DNA of 64,000 bases. Origin: Chiloscyllium plagiosum (lineage: Eukaryota). Made by a program: the position numbers and the translations under genes. Location: positions 8,143,051-8,207,050 of the forward strand of contig NC_057757.1 in NCBI RefSeq assembly GCF_004010195.1, read 5' to 3'. This document shows, in pieces, positions 1-11,327 of this stretch; positions within the stretch are counted from its first letter, which is position 1; every line of letters begins with the position of its first letter. The notes beneath the pieces were generated by a model. That model had not been told where the DNA came from, did no database searches, and saw only the letters and a program-made list of their open reading frames with translations.

Positions 1-225
1 AAGTGATTCAGTTTGGAAGGATGAGTTGGAATACAGAATACAGGGTTAAAGGCAGGATTCTAAGCAGTGTGGAGGGACAGAGGGATCTTGGATTCCATGC
101 CCATCGATTCCTCAAGGTTGCCACCCAAGTTGTTAGGATTGTTAAGAAGGTGTATGGTGTGTTGGGTGTCATTAGCAGGGGGATTGAGTTTCAGAGCCAC
201 ACGGTTATGCCACAGCTCTATAGAG
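1..225 (+). mobile_element. CR1-clade LINE ORF2 fragment (C-terminal to RT), degenerate
   Basis: Translation IQFGR..Y.VKGRILSSVEGQRDLG...KVATQV..IVKKVYGVLG.ISRGIEF matches the CR1 ORF2 C-terminal segment repeated throughout the window. Confidence 0.85.
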
Positions 226-437
226 TTGGGGAGGGGTGTGCCAGTGCACCCCAGGGCCAGAGTTTGCAATTAATATAAATGAGCTGTTTGTAAGGGTTGT
301 GTCTTTAAAATTATACCCCTGCATGAGATTGTGTTCATAAGTACAAGCCTTCTTATCAGACATTTGTAAACTGGGAGCCCTTACACAACACAGTCTCTTT
401 ATAGCACCAGTTAAAAGATTACAGGATGAAGTATAAT

Positions 438-728
438 TCATGAAATATTTATTATATATCGAAATTTGAACACCTTTACAATGAAATTGAAGGAAAATAC
501 AATCCCACTCCTTAACTCATTTCTGAACTTACTCTGGGTCCCTGCATAAATAAATGGGTTTATACAGGAACTTAAGATCTGAAGCATATACCCACATTCT
601 TCCAGTTTGAAATTGGATTCAATGTAATTGGAACCTGAGAAATAATTTATGTTAGCAATTCGGACGTAGAGAAATGATAATAGAAACAGCAGCCATAACA
701 GGATGAAACTGCCTGAGATACAGAACAA
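438..728 (-). CDS. GPR139-like: GPR139-like class A GPCR, gene A: 3' part of exon 2 (TM6-ECL3-TM7-helix 8); 5' part lost in the N-gap
   Basis: LFCISGSFILLWL...GYMLQILSSCINPFIYAGTQSKFRNEL aligns to TM6/TM7 of genes B, C and E; NPxxY present; frame runs into gap 729-1228. Confidence 0.85.
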   Translation of the reverse strand: MFCISGSFILLWLLFLLSFLYVRIANINYFSGSNYIESNFKLEECGYMLQILSSCINPFIYAGTQSKFRNELRSGIVFSFNFIVKVFKFRYIINIS

Positions 729-1228
729 NNNNNNNNNNNNNNNNNNNNNNNNNNNNNNNNNNNNNNNNNNNNNNNNNNNNNNNNNNNNNNNNNNNNNNNN
801 NNNNNNNNNNNNNNNNNNNNNNNNNNNNNNNNNNNNNNNNNNNNNNNNNNNNNNNNNNNNNNNNNNNNNNNNNNNNNNNNNNNNNNNNNNNNNNNNNNNN
901 NNNNNNNNNNNNNNNNNNNNNNNNNNNNNNNNNNNNNNNNNNNNNNNNNNNNNNNNNNNNNNNNNNNNNNNNNNNNNNNNNNNNNNNNNNNNNNNNNNNN
1001 NNNNNNNNNNNNNNNNNNNNNNNNNNNNNNNNNNNNNNNNNNNNNNNNNNNNNNNNNNNNNNNNNNNNNNNNNNNNNNNNNNNNNNNNNNNNNNNNNNNN
1101 NNNNNNNNNNNNNNNNNNNNNNNNNNNNNNNNNNNNNNNNNNNNNNNNNNNNNNNNNNNNNNNNNNNNNNNNNNNNNNNNNNNNNNNNNNNNNNNNNNNN
1201 NNNNNNNNNNNNNNNNNNNNNNNNNNNN

Positions 1229-2409
1229 TAGATGTGATCTATATGGACTTCAGTAAGGCATTTGACAAGGTTCCCCATGGGAGACTGATTAGCAAGGTTA
1301 GATCTCATGGAATGCAGGGAAAACTAGCCAGTTGGATACAGAACTGGCTCAAAGGTAGAAGATAGAGGATGGTGATGGAGGGTTGTTTTTCAGACTGGAG
1401 GCCTGTGACCAGTGAAGTGCCACAAGAATCAGTGCTGTGTCCTCTACTTTTTGTCATTTACATAAATGATTTGGATGCGAGCAAAAGAGGTCAAGATAGT
1501 AAGTTTGCAGATGACACCAAAATTGGGGTGCAGTGGACAGCGAAGAGGGTTACCTCAGATTACAACAGGATCTGGACCAGATGGACAAATGGGCTGAGAA
1601 GTGGCAGAAGGAGTTTAATTCAGATAAATGCGAGGTGCTGCATTTTGGGAAAACAAATCTTAGCAGGACTTATACACTTTATGGTAAGGTCCGAGGGAGT
1701 GTTTCTGAACAAAGAGACCTCGGAGTGCAGGTTCCTAGCTCCTTGAAAGTGGAGTCACAGGTAGATAGTATCGTGAAGAAGGCATTTGTTATGCTTTCTT
1801 TTATTGGTCAGAGTATTGAGTGCAGGAGTTGGGACGTCATGTTGCGGATGTACAGGACATTGGTTAGGCCAGTGTTGGAATATTGCGTGCAATTCTAGTC
1901 CCCTTTCTGTCAGAAAGGCGTTGTGAAACTTGAAAGGGTTCAGAAAAAATTTACAAGGATGTTGCCAGGGTTAGAGGATTTGAGCTATAGGGTTGGAGCT
2001 GTTGTCCCTGGAACGTCGGAACCTGAGTGGTCACCTTATAGAGGTTTACAAAATTATGAGGGGCATGGATAGGGCAAATGGGGAAAGTCTTTTCCCTGGG
2101 GTTGGGGAGTCCAGATCTAGAGGGCATAGATTTAGGGTGAGAGGGGAAAGATATAAAAGAGATCTACGGTGCAATTTTTTCACACAGAGGGTGGTACGTG
2201 TATGGAATGAGCTGCTACAGGAAGTGGCGAAGGCTGATACAATTGCAACATTTAAGAGGCATTTGGATGGGTATATGAATAGGAAGGGCTTAGAGTGATA
2301 TGGGCCATGTGCTGGCAGGTGGGACTAGATTGAGTTGGGATATCTGGTCGGCATGGATGGGTTGGATCGAAGGGTCTGTTTCCATGCTGTACATCTCTAT
2401 GACTCTATG
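1229..2409 (+). mobile_element. CR1/HER1-type LINE, 5'-truncated (RT to 3' tail)
   Basis: DVIYMDFSKAFDKVPHGRL, SKFADDTKIG, LVRPVLEYCVQF; stops and frameshifts; ends in ctctatgactctatga tail. Confidence 0.92.
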
Positions 2410-2702
2410 AGCAGGAGATTTGACGTTTCGGGCATAAGCACTCATCATGAGTGAAGCCATATCCAGATATCATCTCCCTGCTACTCTCTTCATTGTTGTA
2501 GTTGAAGCAACATGACCAGCTATCTGGGGTTTTATTTTCAAAAATGCCTTACCTTAATAGTCATAGAAACAATCGGACACAGTTCTCCAACACAGTGTTG
2601 ATGATCCGATCTATCTTCCCTTGATGCAGTTCTTTTGGTCTCAGGAAAATTTCAACTTTATTGTCAGTTCATGAGATGCTCCTTTCGACAAATCTTTCGC
2701 AT

Positions 2703-3805
2703 AGACACCAAAACTGGAGGTGCAGTGGAAAGCAAAGAAGGTTACCTCAGATTACAACAGGATCTGGACTAGCTGGGCCAATTGGCTGAGGAGTGGCAGA
2801 TGGAGTTTAATTCAGATAAATGTGAGGTATTGTATTGTGGGAAAGCAAATCTTAACAGGACTTATACACTTAATGGTAAGGTCCTAGGGAATGTTGCTGA
2901 ACAAAGAGACCTTGGAGTGCCTGCTCATAGCTCCTTGAAAGTGGAGTCGCAGGTTAATAGTACCGTGAAGAAGGCATTTGTTATGCTTTCCTTTATAGTC
3001 AGGGTAATGAGTATAGGATGGAAATGTGTTGCTGGAAAAGCGCAGCAGGTCAGGCAGCATCTAGGGAACAGGAGAATCGACGTTTCGGGCATTAGCCCTT
3101 CCTGAAGAAGGGCTAATGCCCGAAACGTCGAGTCTCCTGTTCCCTAGATGCTGCCTGACCTGCTGCGCTTTTCCAGCAACACATTTCCATCTCTGATCTC
3201 CAGCATCTGCAGACCTCACTTTCTCCTTAATGAGTATAGGAGTTGGGAGGTCATATTCCGGTCGTACAGGGCATTGGTTGTGCCACTTTGGAAAATTGCG
3301 TGCAGTTTTGGACTTCCTATCAGAAAGGTATCGTGAAACTTGAAAGGGTTCAGAAAAGATTTACAAGGATGTTGCCAGGGTTGGAGGAATTGATTTATAG
3401 GGAAAGGTTGAAAAGGCTATGGCTGTTTTCCCTGGAGCGTCAGAGGCTGCAGGTTGACCTTATAGATGTTTATAAAATCATGAGGGGCATGGATAGTCTA
3501 AATAGACAAGATCTTTTCCCTCTTGTTAAGGGCATAGGTTTTGGGTGAGAGGGGAAAGAGATTTAAGGGGCAACTTTTTCACGCACCACATGGTGTGTGT
3601 ATGGAATGAACTGGCAGAGGAAGTGGTGGAGGCTGGTGCAATTGCAATATTGAAAAGGCATCTGGAAGGATATATGATTGGGAAGGGTTTGGAGGGATAT
3701 GGGCCAGGTGCTGGCAAGTGGGACTAGATTAGGTTGGGATATGTGGTTGGCATGGAGGAGTTTGACTGAAGGGTCTGTTTCCATGCTGCACATCTCTATG
3801 GCTCT
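2703..3805 (+). mobile_element. CR1/HER1-type LINE 3' fragment, interrupted by a hairpin mini-element
   Basis: WAEEWQMEFNSDKCEVL, LERVQKRFTRMLPGLE, FFTH.MV.VWNEL; same family as 1229-2409. Confidence 0.9.
3019..3227. mobile_element. Penelope-terminus-derived palindromic mini-element with a minimal hammerhead-like core
   Basis: Near-perfect inverted repeat 3018-3190; 14-bp TSD taatgagtatagga at 3005-3018 and 3228-3241; CTGAAGA-a-GGGC-taat-GCCC-GAAACGTC at 3102-3128. Confidence 0.8.
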
Positions 3806-4189
3806 GTTTGCCTGTACCAGACATCAAAGCTTTACCCTTGTTGTCTTTGTCTTGCTCCATATTTATGCTAAATGTAACTCTACTAATGTCACTGGCTCAA
3901 AAATATTTCCTCTCTGGCAATCCATCTATTAGCCCGTCTTCATTTCAGAAGATTACACCTAGAATTGCTGCCTGTATCATTGTGCTATTTTGAGCTGATG
4001 AGCTTGGTTAAATATGATTTGAGAATTTGGTGTTCTCAGCACCTTTCACTCAATTTATTTCCCAACCAATATTTGAGAGGTAAAATCCCCAACTACTCCT
4101 GCTCTATTATTTTAACGTTCAGAAATAACTTACACACTGCACTTTTATTTCCCTCAGAGAATTCTGTCATTGACAGTAAACTCTGGCAG

Positions 4190-5605
4190 GCCCATCCAGT
4201 TTTCTCAAAATATCTTTTGAGCATATTCACATGACACATTCGGTGAGATTTCTTTCTCTCTGGCATCCTTATCAAATAGGAATCGAGAGTGTAGTGCTTG
4301 AAAAGCACAACAGGGCAGACAGAATCCGAGGATCAGGAAAATCAATGTTTCAGGCATAATCTTTTCATCAGGAATCAGGCTTATGTGCCGGGAGAGCTAA
4401 ATGGAAGGAGGGTGGGGCTGGGGTGGGGTGGGTGGGGGGAGGGGGGGGAAGGTAGCTGGGAATGTGATAGGTAAATGATGGTGGGGGCGGTGAGGAAGTT
4501 GATGGCCTAATAGAGAGAGAAGGAGAACCTCTTCAAGGTAGTCATCCTTGGAAGAGGCTTCACAGTAAGTTTAAAATCAACTAGGAGAAAGTGAGGACTG
4601 CAGATGCTAGAGATCAGAGAACCGCACTCTCGATTCTGATCTCCAGCATCTGCAGTCCTCACTTTCTCCATTCTTATCAAATTATTCACCTCACTCAATT
4701 TTCTTTAGATTTGATAAGGTTCACTAAACCTTTCTAACAAAGGTTCACCTTTCAATGGAAGTAACACTAACCCTTTGTCTCCAGTAGAAAAATTGCAAAC
4801 TGTTGATTTCTTGTCTGTTTCATATTTCATCATGTGCTGCTGTGCTACTTTTAAATGATGTCTTGCACCCACTCCATTTAATTTTTTGTTAAAATTTGAC
4901 AAAAATCCAAATGTATGGAATTGAACTCTGACTCAACCATTTTTCCTTAATTAATTTCAGTGGTCCTCTCACCTCATGTCCAAAAACTAATAGAAATGGT
5001 CTGAATTTGGTAGATTCATTCTGCATATCCCACTTGCAAAATTTCCAATGGTATTCCTTTGTCGTAATCCTCTGGACAGTCTTGACTGCGAGCACTCAAC
5101 AAGATCATTAAAGTTTGATGCTAACATTCTAAACTTGCCTGCAATTCTGGATTTGAATTGCATTATTCCTAAGCTGTCCATAACTTCTTGGAATAATTTT
5201 GATGAACATTTGACACTTTATCTAATTATATTTCAAGTGTAGTCGTATCTAGTAAGACATTTGTGTAACTCGTCTATAACCCTTTTAGCCATGATAGAGC
5301 ACAATAGAATGGCTTCTCGAAATCGAGTGGACAATTACTTATGTTCAACAAATACTGATTCCCATTTTTTGCTTGAAGTAAGGGTTCTCCGCAATCAATC
5401 CGCAATCCCTTGTGAAAGGTTCCTGAAGTGCAGGAGTTAGGATGAAACCACACTGCATGAGGTTTTACAGTTGTCTATCTCATATGACATGTCCTACAAA
5501 ATTCAATTACATCCTGATGCAGTCCGTTAATAAAAATGTTTTTTTTAATTTTGTGTTGAGTTTTCCATACTACCCAAATGACCTCCTACTGCTAATTCAT
5601 CTTCT
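4190..5605 (-). mobile_element. Ty3/Gypsy-type LTR retrotransposon integrase remnant
   Basis: Broken frames give MDSLGIMQFKS, NESTKFRPFLLVFGHEVRGPLKLIKEKWL, GDKGLVLLP...RFSEPYQI and YLIRMPERKKSHRMCHVNMLKRY (integrase core and GPY/F-type C-terminus). Confidence 0.8.
4280..4670 (-). mobile_element. Penelope-terminus-derived insertion inside the Gypsy remnant
   Basis: TSD cttatcaaat at 4268 and 4673; shares the gatctccagcatctgcagtcctcactttctcc end with the 3019-3227 element; degenerate hammerhead-like core on the - strand at about 4345-4372. Confidence 0.7.
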
Positions 5606-5614
5606 ATTGGCAGT

Positions 5615-6405
5615 TGGGGAGGTATTATCACTGGACTGTTAATCCAGAAACCCAGATAATGATCTGAGGACCTGGGTTTGAATCCTGCCATGGCAGATGG
5701 TGGAATTTGAATTCAATTAAAATAAAAACTGGAATAAAAAAATCATAAATCCCATTGTTGATTGTTTGAAAAACCCATCCTCTAAACTAAAGCTCTTCAG
5801 GCAAGGAAGATGCCATCCTTACCTGGTCTGGCCTACATGCCTACAGGGTCAGCACGGTGGCTCAGTAGTTAGCACTGCTGCCTCACAGCTCCAGGGACCT
5901 GGGTTAAATTCCAGCCTTCGGTGACTGTCTCTGTGGAGTTTGCATATTCTCCCTTGTCTGTGGGGTTTCCACCCACAATCCAAAGATATGCAGGTCAGGT
6001 GGATTGGCCATGCTGAAGTGCCCATTGTATTTAAGTACATTTAAGTCATCATTGGACAAGCATATGGACGTACATGGAATAGTGTAGGTTAGATGGGCTT
6101 CAAATTGGTATGACAGGTCGGTGCAACATCGAGGGCTGAAGGGCCTGTACTGCACTGTAATGTTCTATGTTCTATGTATTAGGTGCAATAGTTAGAGGGA
6201 GAGCAATCTGGGTGGGTAGGCCTTTGGAGGGTCGGTGTGGACTTGCTGGACCAAAGGACCTGTTTCCACACTGTAGAGAATCTAATCTAATCATGTGAAT
6301 GCAGACTCACAGCAATGTGGTTGACCCTTAACTGCCCACAGTAGGGAGGGACAATAAATGCTGACCTATTCGATGATGCTCTCATCTCATGAATGAATTT
6401 AAAAA
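5615..6405 (+). mobile_element. Nested SINEs: an older tRNA-derived SINE interrupted by a V-SINE/HE1-type SINE (about 5850-6290), itself interrupted by a CR1 3' tail (about 6030-6175)
   Basis: A-box/B-box-like head gcacggtggctcagtagttagcactgctgcctcacag...gggttaaattcc; V-domain-like tccaaagatatgcaggtcaggtggattggccatgct; host resumes with catgtgaatgcagactcacagcaatgtggttgac. Confidence 0.75.
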
Positions 6406-6620
6406 GGACCTCCTTTCTATACCCCACCGGTAATACAACTTGATGACCTTTTGCCCACTTCCCATCTGCCTGAATATAAGATGATCTCCATTTTCTCAGG
6501 GAGACTTCATCTATAAAATAGTAACATTCTAGGATGCACTCAGATTCTGTATCCTACATTCTATGTTTTCTACTCTGGCTATTGAAGACTAGCAACTCTT
6601 ATACCTTCTTAACCATCCTG

Positions 6621-6748
6621 GAAGGAAGTGTGGTCTGCAGATGCTGGAGAGTGAGAATTGAAAGTGTGGCACTGAAAAATCACAGCGGTTGCTCCTCCAA
6701 TCCTGACTGACCTGCAGTGCTTTTTTCTTGTGCCACGCTTTTTGACTT
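6621..6748. mobile_element. Penelope-terminus-derived mini-insertion
   Basis: 15-bp TSD ttcttaaccatcctg at 6606-6620 and 6749-6763; the paralogous site near 34915 is empty. Confidence 0.75.
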
Positions 6749-6854
6749 TTCTTAACCATCCTGTCTACCCATGCTAACAATTTCATGGACCAATGGACTT
6801 CAGGTTGTTGTCCCAATACAGCTTCAATGGAGGCTCACTGATGATGTTACCTAG

Positions 6855-6970
6855 GAGGAGAAAGTGAGGTCTGCAGATGCCTGAAGAAGGGCCTGTGCCC
6901 GAAACGTCGAATCTCCTGTTCCCTGGATGCTGCCTGACCTGCTGTGCTGTTCCAGCAATAAAGTTTCAAC
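6855..6970 (+). mobile_element. 116-bp Penelope-derived mini-element with a minimal hammerhead-like core
   Basis: 15-bp TSD gatgatgttacctag at 6840-6854 and 6971-6985; CTGAAGA-a-GGGC-ctgt-GCCC-GAAACGTC at 6881-6908. Confidence 0.8.
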
Positions 6971-7879
6971 GATGATGTTACCTAGCATGGCGACAAAATA
7001 TCTTACAACAAACTTACCACCTCAGCGAGCAAAGTTACAATCTGAATCTCAACATGAGCTCAACATGAGCTTCAAATCTTCTCAGAAATCACTAATGGTC
7101 TTGTGCACCAGGCAACCTTTGTTCTTCAGGACACCCCTCAGACCGACCATGCATTTGGCCCCTCCAGTCGATCCCATCATTTAATAGGAACGTGGCTGAT
7201 CTGACATTCCTCACATCCACTTTCCTGCATTTTCCCTATAACCCTTGATTCACTACTTAGCAATGATTCACCTTTAATAAAGATAAGCTCAATTATTAGC
7301 TTGCCTCTCTCCATGGATGCTGCCCCACCCTTTGTGGTATGCACATTTTTTTTGTTTTCAGTACAGTTTCAAGTAATTAGCTCCTACGAGGATCTATCTC
7401 TCTCAGTAATAAGTACACGCAAGTATTCAGCTTCCACAGCTCTCCCTGTGGCAGTGCCTCCATTTCATTGCCCATGAAACAAATTTTAATTCCTCATTTT
7501 TTAATTCAAGTCAATGTGTAGTACCTACGTTTGTGATTTTGGGGCATAATTAGCCCTTGTCCGACGACCATTAGCCGATTTGTCGAAGAAGCAACCTTTT
7601 AGATCAGCTGCCAATCCCATTATTGTCATCTTTTCTTTGACACTTTTATTTCCCTTATTAACTGTTAACCTAACAATTCAATTTCTGTTTGAATTTTTGT
7701 ATCGTGTTCCTTATTCTAAATTCTAATGTTGACCCCCTCCCCCTCAGTTATTTTTACTTTATGTATGGAATGTGGGGATCTCTGAATAAAACTTCATTTA
7801 TGGCTCATCCCTAACATCCCCAGTGAAGACGGTGGTGAGCTGATCAGATTCACTGTGTTTCTGCATTTACCAGCATGCA

Positions 7880-8612
7880 CTTTTTCTTATTTGCTCACAG
7901 AACATGGTCATTGTTGGTCAGGTATTTATTGCCTGTTGCCAGTTTCTCCTTCATAAAGTGTGGGGGTGAGCTGCCTTGTTGAACCACTGTAGTCCGTGTG
8001 GTGTAGGTAAACCCACAATGCTGTTAGGGAGGGAGCTCCAGGATTTTGACCCAGCAACACAGAAGGAACAGTGACATGCTTCCAAGTCAGGATAGTGACT
8101 TCAGAAAAACAGGAAGAAAACTATCCATCTGACTTCACAAACACCAACTGGCAACTAACTGGCTAGACGCACTCTCCCTCATCTCTGTACACACAGACCA
8201 AGAGGGCCATCAATTTAATCTATTGCAAGTGAACCGAAGACACACAAGGCAGGTTGAGGGGTGCAGGGGTCAGAATGTTCATGCATATGTCACCCTTATC
8301 CTTCTGGATGGTAGAATTTGTGGGTTTGGAAGGTATGTCTAAGGACCTTTGGTGACTTTGGACAATGCATCTTGAAGATATTACACACTGTTCTACTGAG
8401 CTGTAGTGGAAGGAGTGGGTGTTTGTGAGTGCAATGTCAATTAAGCGGCTGTTTTGTCCTGGATGGTATCGAACTTCTTGAGTGTTTTTAGAACTACACT
8501 CATCCAAGCAAGTGGGGAGAATTCTGTCACGCTCTTGACTTGTGTTTTGGAGATGGTGGACAGCCTTTGGGGATTCAGGAGGTGAGTTACTCATAGCTGC
8601 ATTCCGAGCTTC
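7880..8612 (-). mobile_element. Old LINE (CR1/L2-like) 3' region
   Basis: Homologous to 35620-36050 (-) and 36580-36940 (+); minus-strand relic containing TPQRLSTISKTQVKSVTEFSPLAWM. Confidence 0.6.
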
Positions 8613-8659
8613 CACGAGATTCTGGAAGCCATAGTACCTAATTATTTTGTACAGTTTTC

Positions 8660-9440
8660 ACCAAGTTCTGTAGCTCGGGATCAGGTAGTTGGTTAGCTGC
8701 CGAAGCTGCTGGGTTACAATGCAGATGTTGCATCACCATGCTGGGCAACATCATCAGTGTGACTTCTGTGAAGCGCTATTGTTCTGTCCCAATTGGTTTT
8801 AATGTGGGTCCAGTCAGTTGGGGTGAGTGTCACTTCCAGGTCTTCTGTGCGGTTTGTACACTGGGTCTATCTCTGCCTATATTTAGACTGGGTCTATATC
8901 TGTGTGTTTGAACACTTGGTCTATCCCTGTGTGTGTATACTGGGTCTATAACTATGTTTTTGTTAATGGCCTTCTTTGACTGAAAGCCAGGCTTCCAAGA
9001 ACTGCCCTGTGTGCCTCCAGTTCACTTGAAATAGATTAAATTGATGGCCCTCTTAGTCTGTGTACAGAGATGATGGAGAGTGCATCCAGTCAGTTAGTTG
9101 CCAGTTGGTGTTCGTGAAGTCAGATGGGATAGTTTTCTTCCTGTTTTTCTGATGTCACATTTGCTGCAGTTGTTGCAAGGAATTTTGTGCACCACACTGG
9201 TCCTACATATTGTGGGTATGGGGCACTTGGTTCTGGTAAAGTAGTTGGCATAGTGTGGCTGTTGGTTGGTGTGCTACCATAATACCTATGGTTGTAACAG
9301 CCTGGTAGTTAATCCTGATATGCTCTTCACATATGGCAAGGTGGCCAGTGTGTTGGTAGGCACAGTTTCTTCTTAGCAATGTCTGTTGGACAGGCATTCG
9401 CAGACGAAGCTGACAGGGCATCCGTTGTTAACAATGGTGG
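8660..9440 (-). mobile_element. Penelope-like element remnant (GIY-YIG endonuclease region plus terminal motif)
   Basis: Minus-strand relics: IMVAHQPTATL, a KIPCNNCSKC...GRKL...LHEHQLA-like segment, FLEAWLS; degenerate hammerhead-like terminus at 8721-8760. Confidence 0.65.
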
Positions 9441-9446
9441 ATTAAT

Positions 9447-10910
9447 CCAAGAACCTGATCAGGTGTACCCGAGAACTCTGTGGGAAGCTAGAGAAGTGAT
9501 TGCTGGGCCTCTTGCTGAGATATTTGTATCATGGATAGTCACAGGTGAGGTGCCGGAAGACCGGAGGTTGGCAAACATGGTACCACTGTTTAAGAAGGGC
9601 GGTAAAGACAAGCCAGGGAACTATAGATTGGTGAGCATGACCTCAGTGGTGGGCAAGTTGATGGAGGGAATCCTGAGGGACAGGATGTACATGTATTTGG
9701 AAAGGCCATGACTGATTAGGGATAGACAACATGGCTTTGTGCATGGGAAATCATGTCTCACAAACTTGATTGAGTTTTTTGAAGAAGTAACAAAGATGAT
9801 TGATGAGGGCAGAGCAATAGATGTGATCTATATGGACTTCAGTAAGGCGTTCACTTGGTTCCCCATGGGAGACTGATGAACAAGGTTAGACCTCATGGAA
9901 TACAGGGAAAACTAGCCATTTGGATACAGAACTGGCTCAAAGGTAGAAGACAGAGGGTGGTGGTGGAGGGTCGTTTTACAGACTGGAGGCCTGTGACCAG
10001 TGGAGTGACACAAGGATTGGTGCTGGGTCCTCTACTTTTTGTCTGCAATTCTGGTCTCCTTCCTATCGGAAAGATGTTGTGAAACTTGAAAGGGTTCAGA
10101 AAAGATTTACAAGGATGTTGCCAGGGTTGGAGGATCTGAGCCACAGGGAGAGGCTGAGCAGGCTTGGGCTGTTTTCCCTGTAGCGTCGGAGGCTGAGGGG
10201 TGACCTTAGAGGTTTACAAAATTATGAGGGACATGGATAGAGTAAATAGACAAAGTCTTTTCCCTGGGGTCGGGGAGTCCAGAACTAGAGGGCATAGGTA
10301 TAGGGTGAGAGGGGAAAGATATAAAAGAGACCGAAGGGACAACCTTCTCATGCAGAGGGTGGTACATGTATGGAATGAGCTGCCGGAGGATGTGGTGGAG
10401 GCTGGTACAATTACAACATTTAAGAGGCATTTGGATGGGTATATGAATAGGAAGGGTTTGGAGGGATATGGACCGGGTGCTGGCAGGTGGGACTAGATTG
10501 GATTGGGATATGGAGAGGGTGGATGCTAGGAAATTGTTTCCGTTAGGCAAGGAGACTAGGACCCGTGGACACAGCCTTAGAATTAGAGAGGGTAAGCGGA
10601 GACATTTCTTCAGCCAGAGAGTGGTGGGCCTGTGGAATTCATTGCCACAGAGTGCAGTGAAGGCTGGGACGCTAAATGTCTTCAAGGCAGAAATTGGTAA
10701 ATTCTTGATGTCACAAGGAGTTAAGGGCTACGGGGAGAATGCGGGTAATTGGAGTTGAAATGCCCATCAGCCATCATCGAATGGCGGAGTGGACTCGATG
10801 GGCCGAATGGCCTTACTTCCGCTCCTATGTCTTATGGTCTTATGATATCTGGTCGGCAGGGACGGGTTGGACCGAAGGATCTGTTTCCATGCTGTACATC
10901 TCTATGACTC
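9447..10910 (+). mobile_element. CR1/HER1-type LINE with an internal deletion; a second CR1-family 3' tail is nested at about 10512-10843
   Basis: PDQVYPRTLWEARE, VPLFKKGGKDKPGNYR, DVIYMDFSKAF; nested tail ends in tcttatggtcttat. Confidence 0.9.
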
Positions 10911-11105
10911 AGCAATACCGTCTGGGACAGGGACACGGTATTTAATTCATTGACTTAGTAATAACATCTAGGACAGGGACCACTATTTAATTCACTGGCT
11001 CAGTAATACTGACTGGGACAGGTGCTCAGTATTTAATTCACTGACTCTGTTATACAGAATGGAGCAGTGACATGGTATTTAATTCACATGCTAAGTTAAA
11101 CAGAC
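10905..11105 (+). repeat. Degenerate ~44-bp tandem repeat, about 4-5 copies
   Basis: Recurring ctcagtaatactgactgggacagggacacggtatttaattcac-like units. Confidence 0.75.
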
Positions 11106-11327
11106 TGTTTTTCTAATACAGACCAAAGATGTGCAGGTTCACTTGAATGGCTACACTGAATTGACTAGTGACGTGGGACTTGCAGGCAAGGTGGGCCAGC
11201 TATGGGAAAGGCTTGGGTTATTGCGATACATTGGTGTTGGGGATACTCCTCAAAATGTCATTGTGACTCGATGGGCTGAATGACCTCCCTCCATATTGAC
11301 AGGATTCAGGGATTCATTAAACAGTGC

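Noticed and set aside
652..1365. Long ORFs spanning N-runs (also 25830-26375, 33619-34287, 52220-53204)
   Set aside because: Artefacts of translating gaps.
2549..2650. Possible missing exon 1 of gene A (minus-strand AAG|GTAAGG donor-like site)
   Set aside because: The upstream frame lacks the YY/FY...GxP TM1 signature seen in the other exon 1 sequences.
5850..5920. tRNA gene (also 60768-60840 and 56715-56787)
   Set aside because: tRNA-like A/B boxes continue into a SINE body and tail; these are SINE heads.
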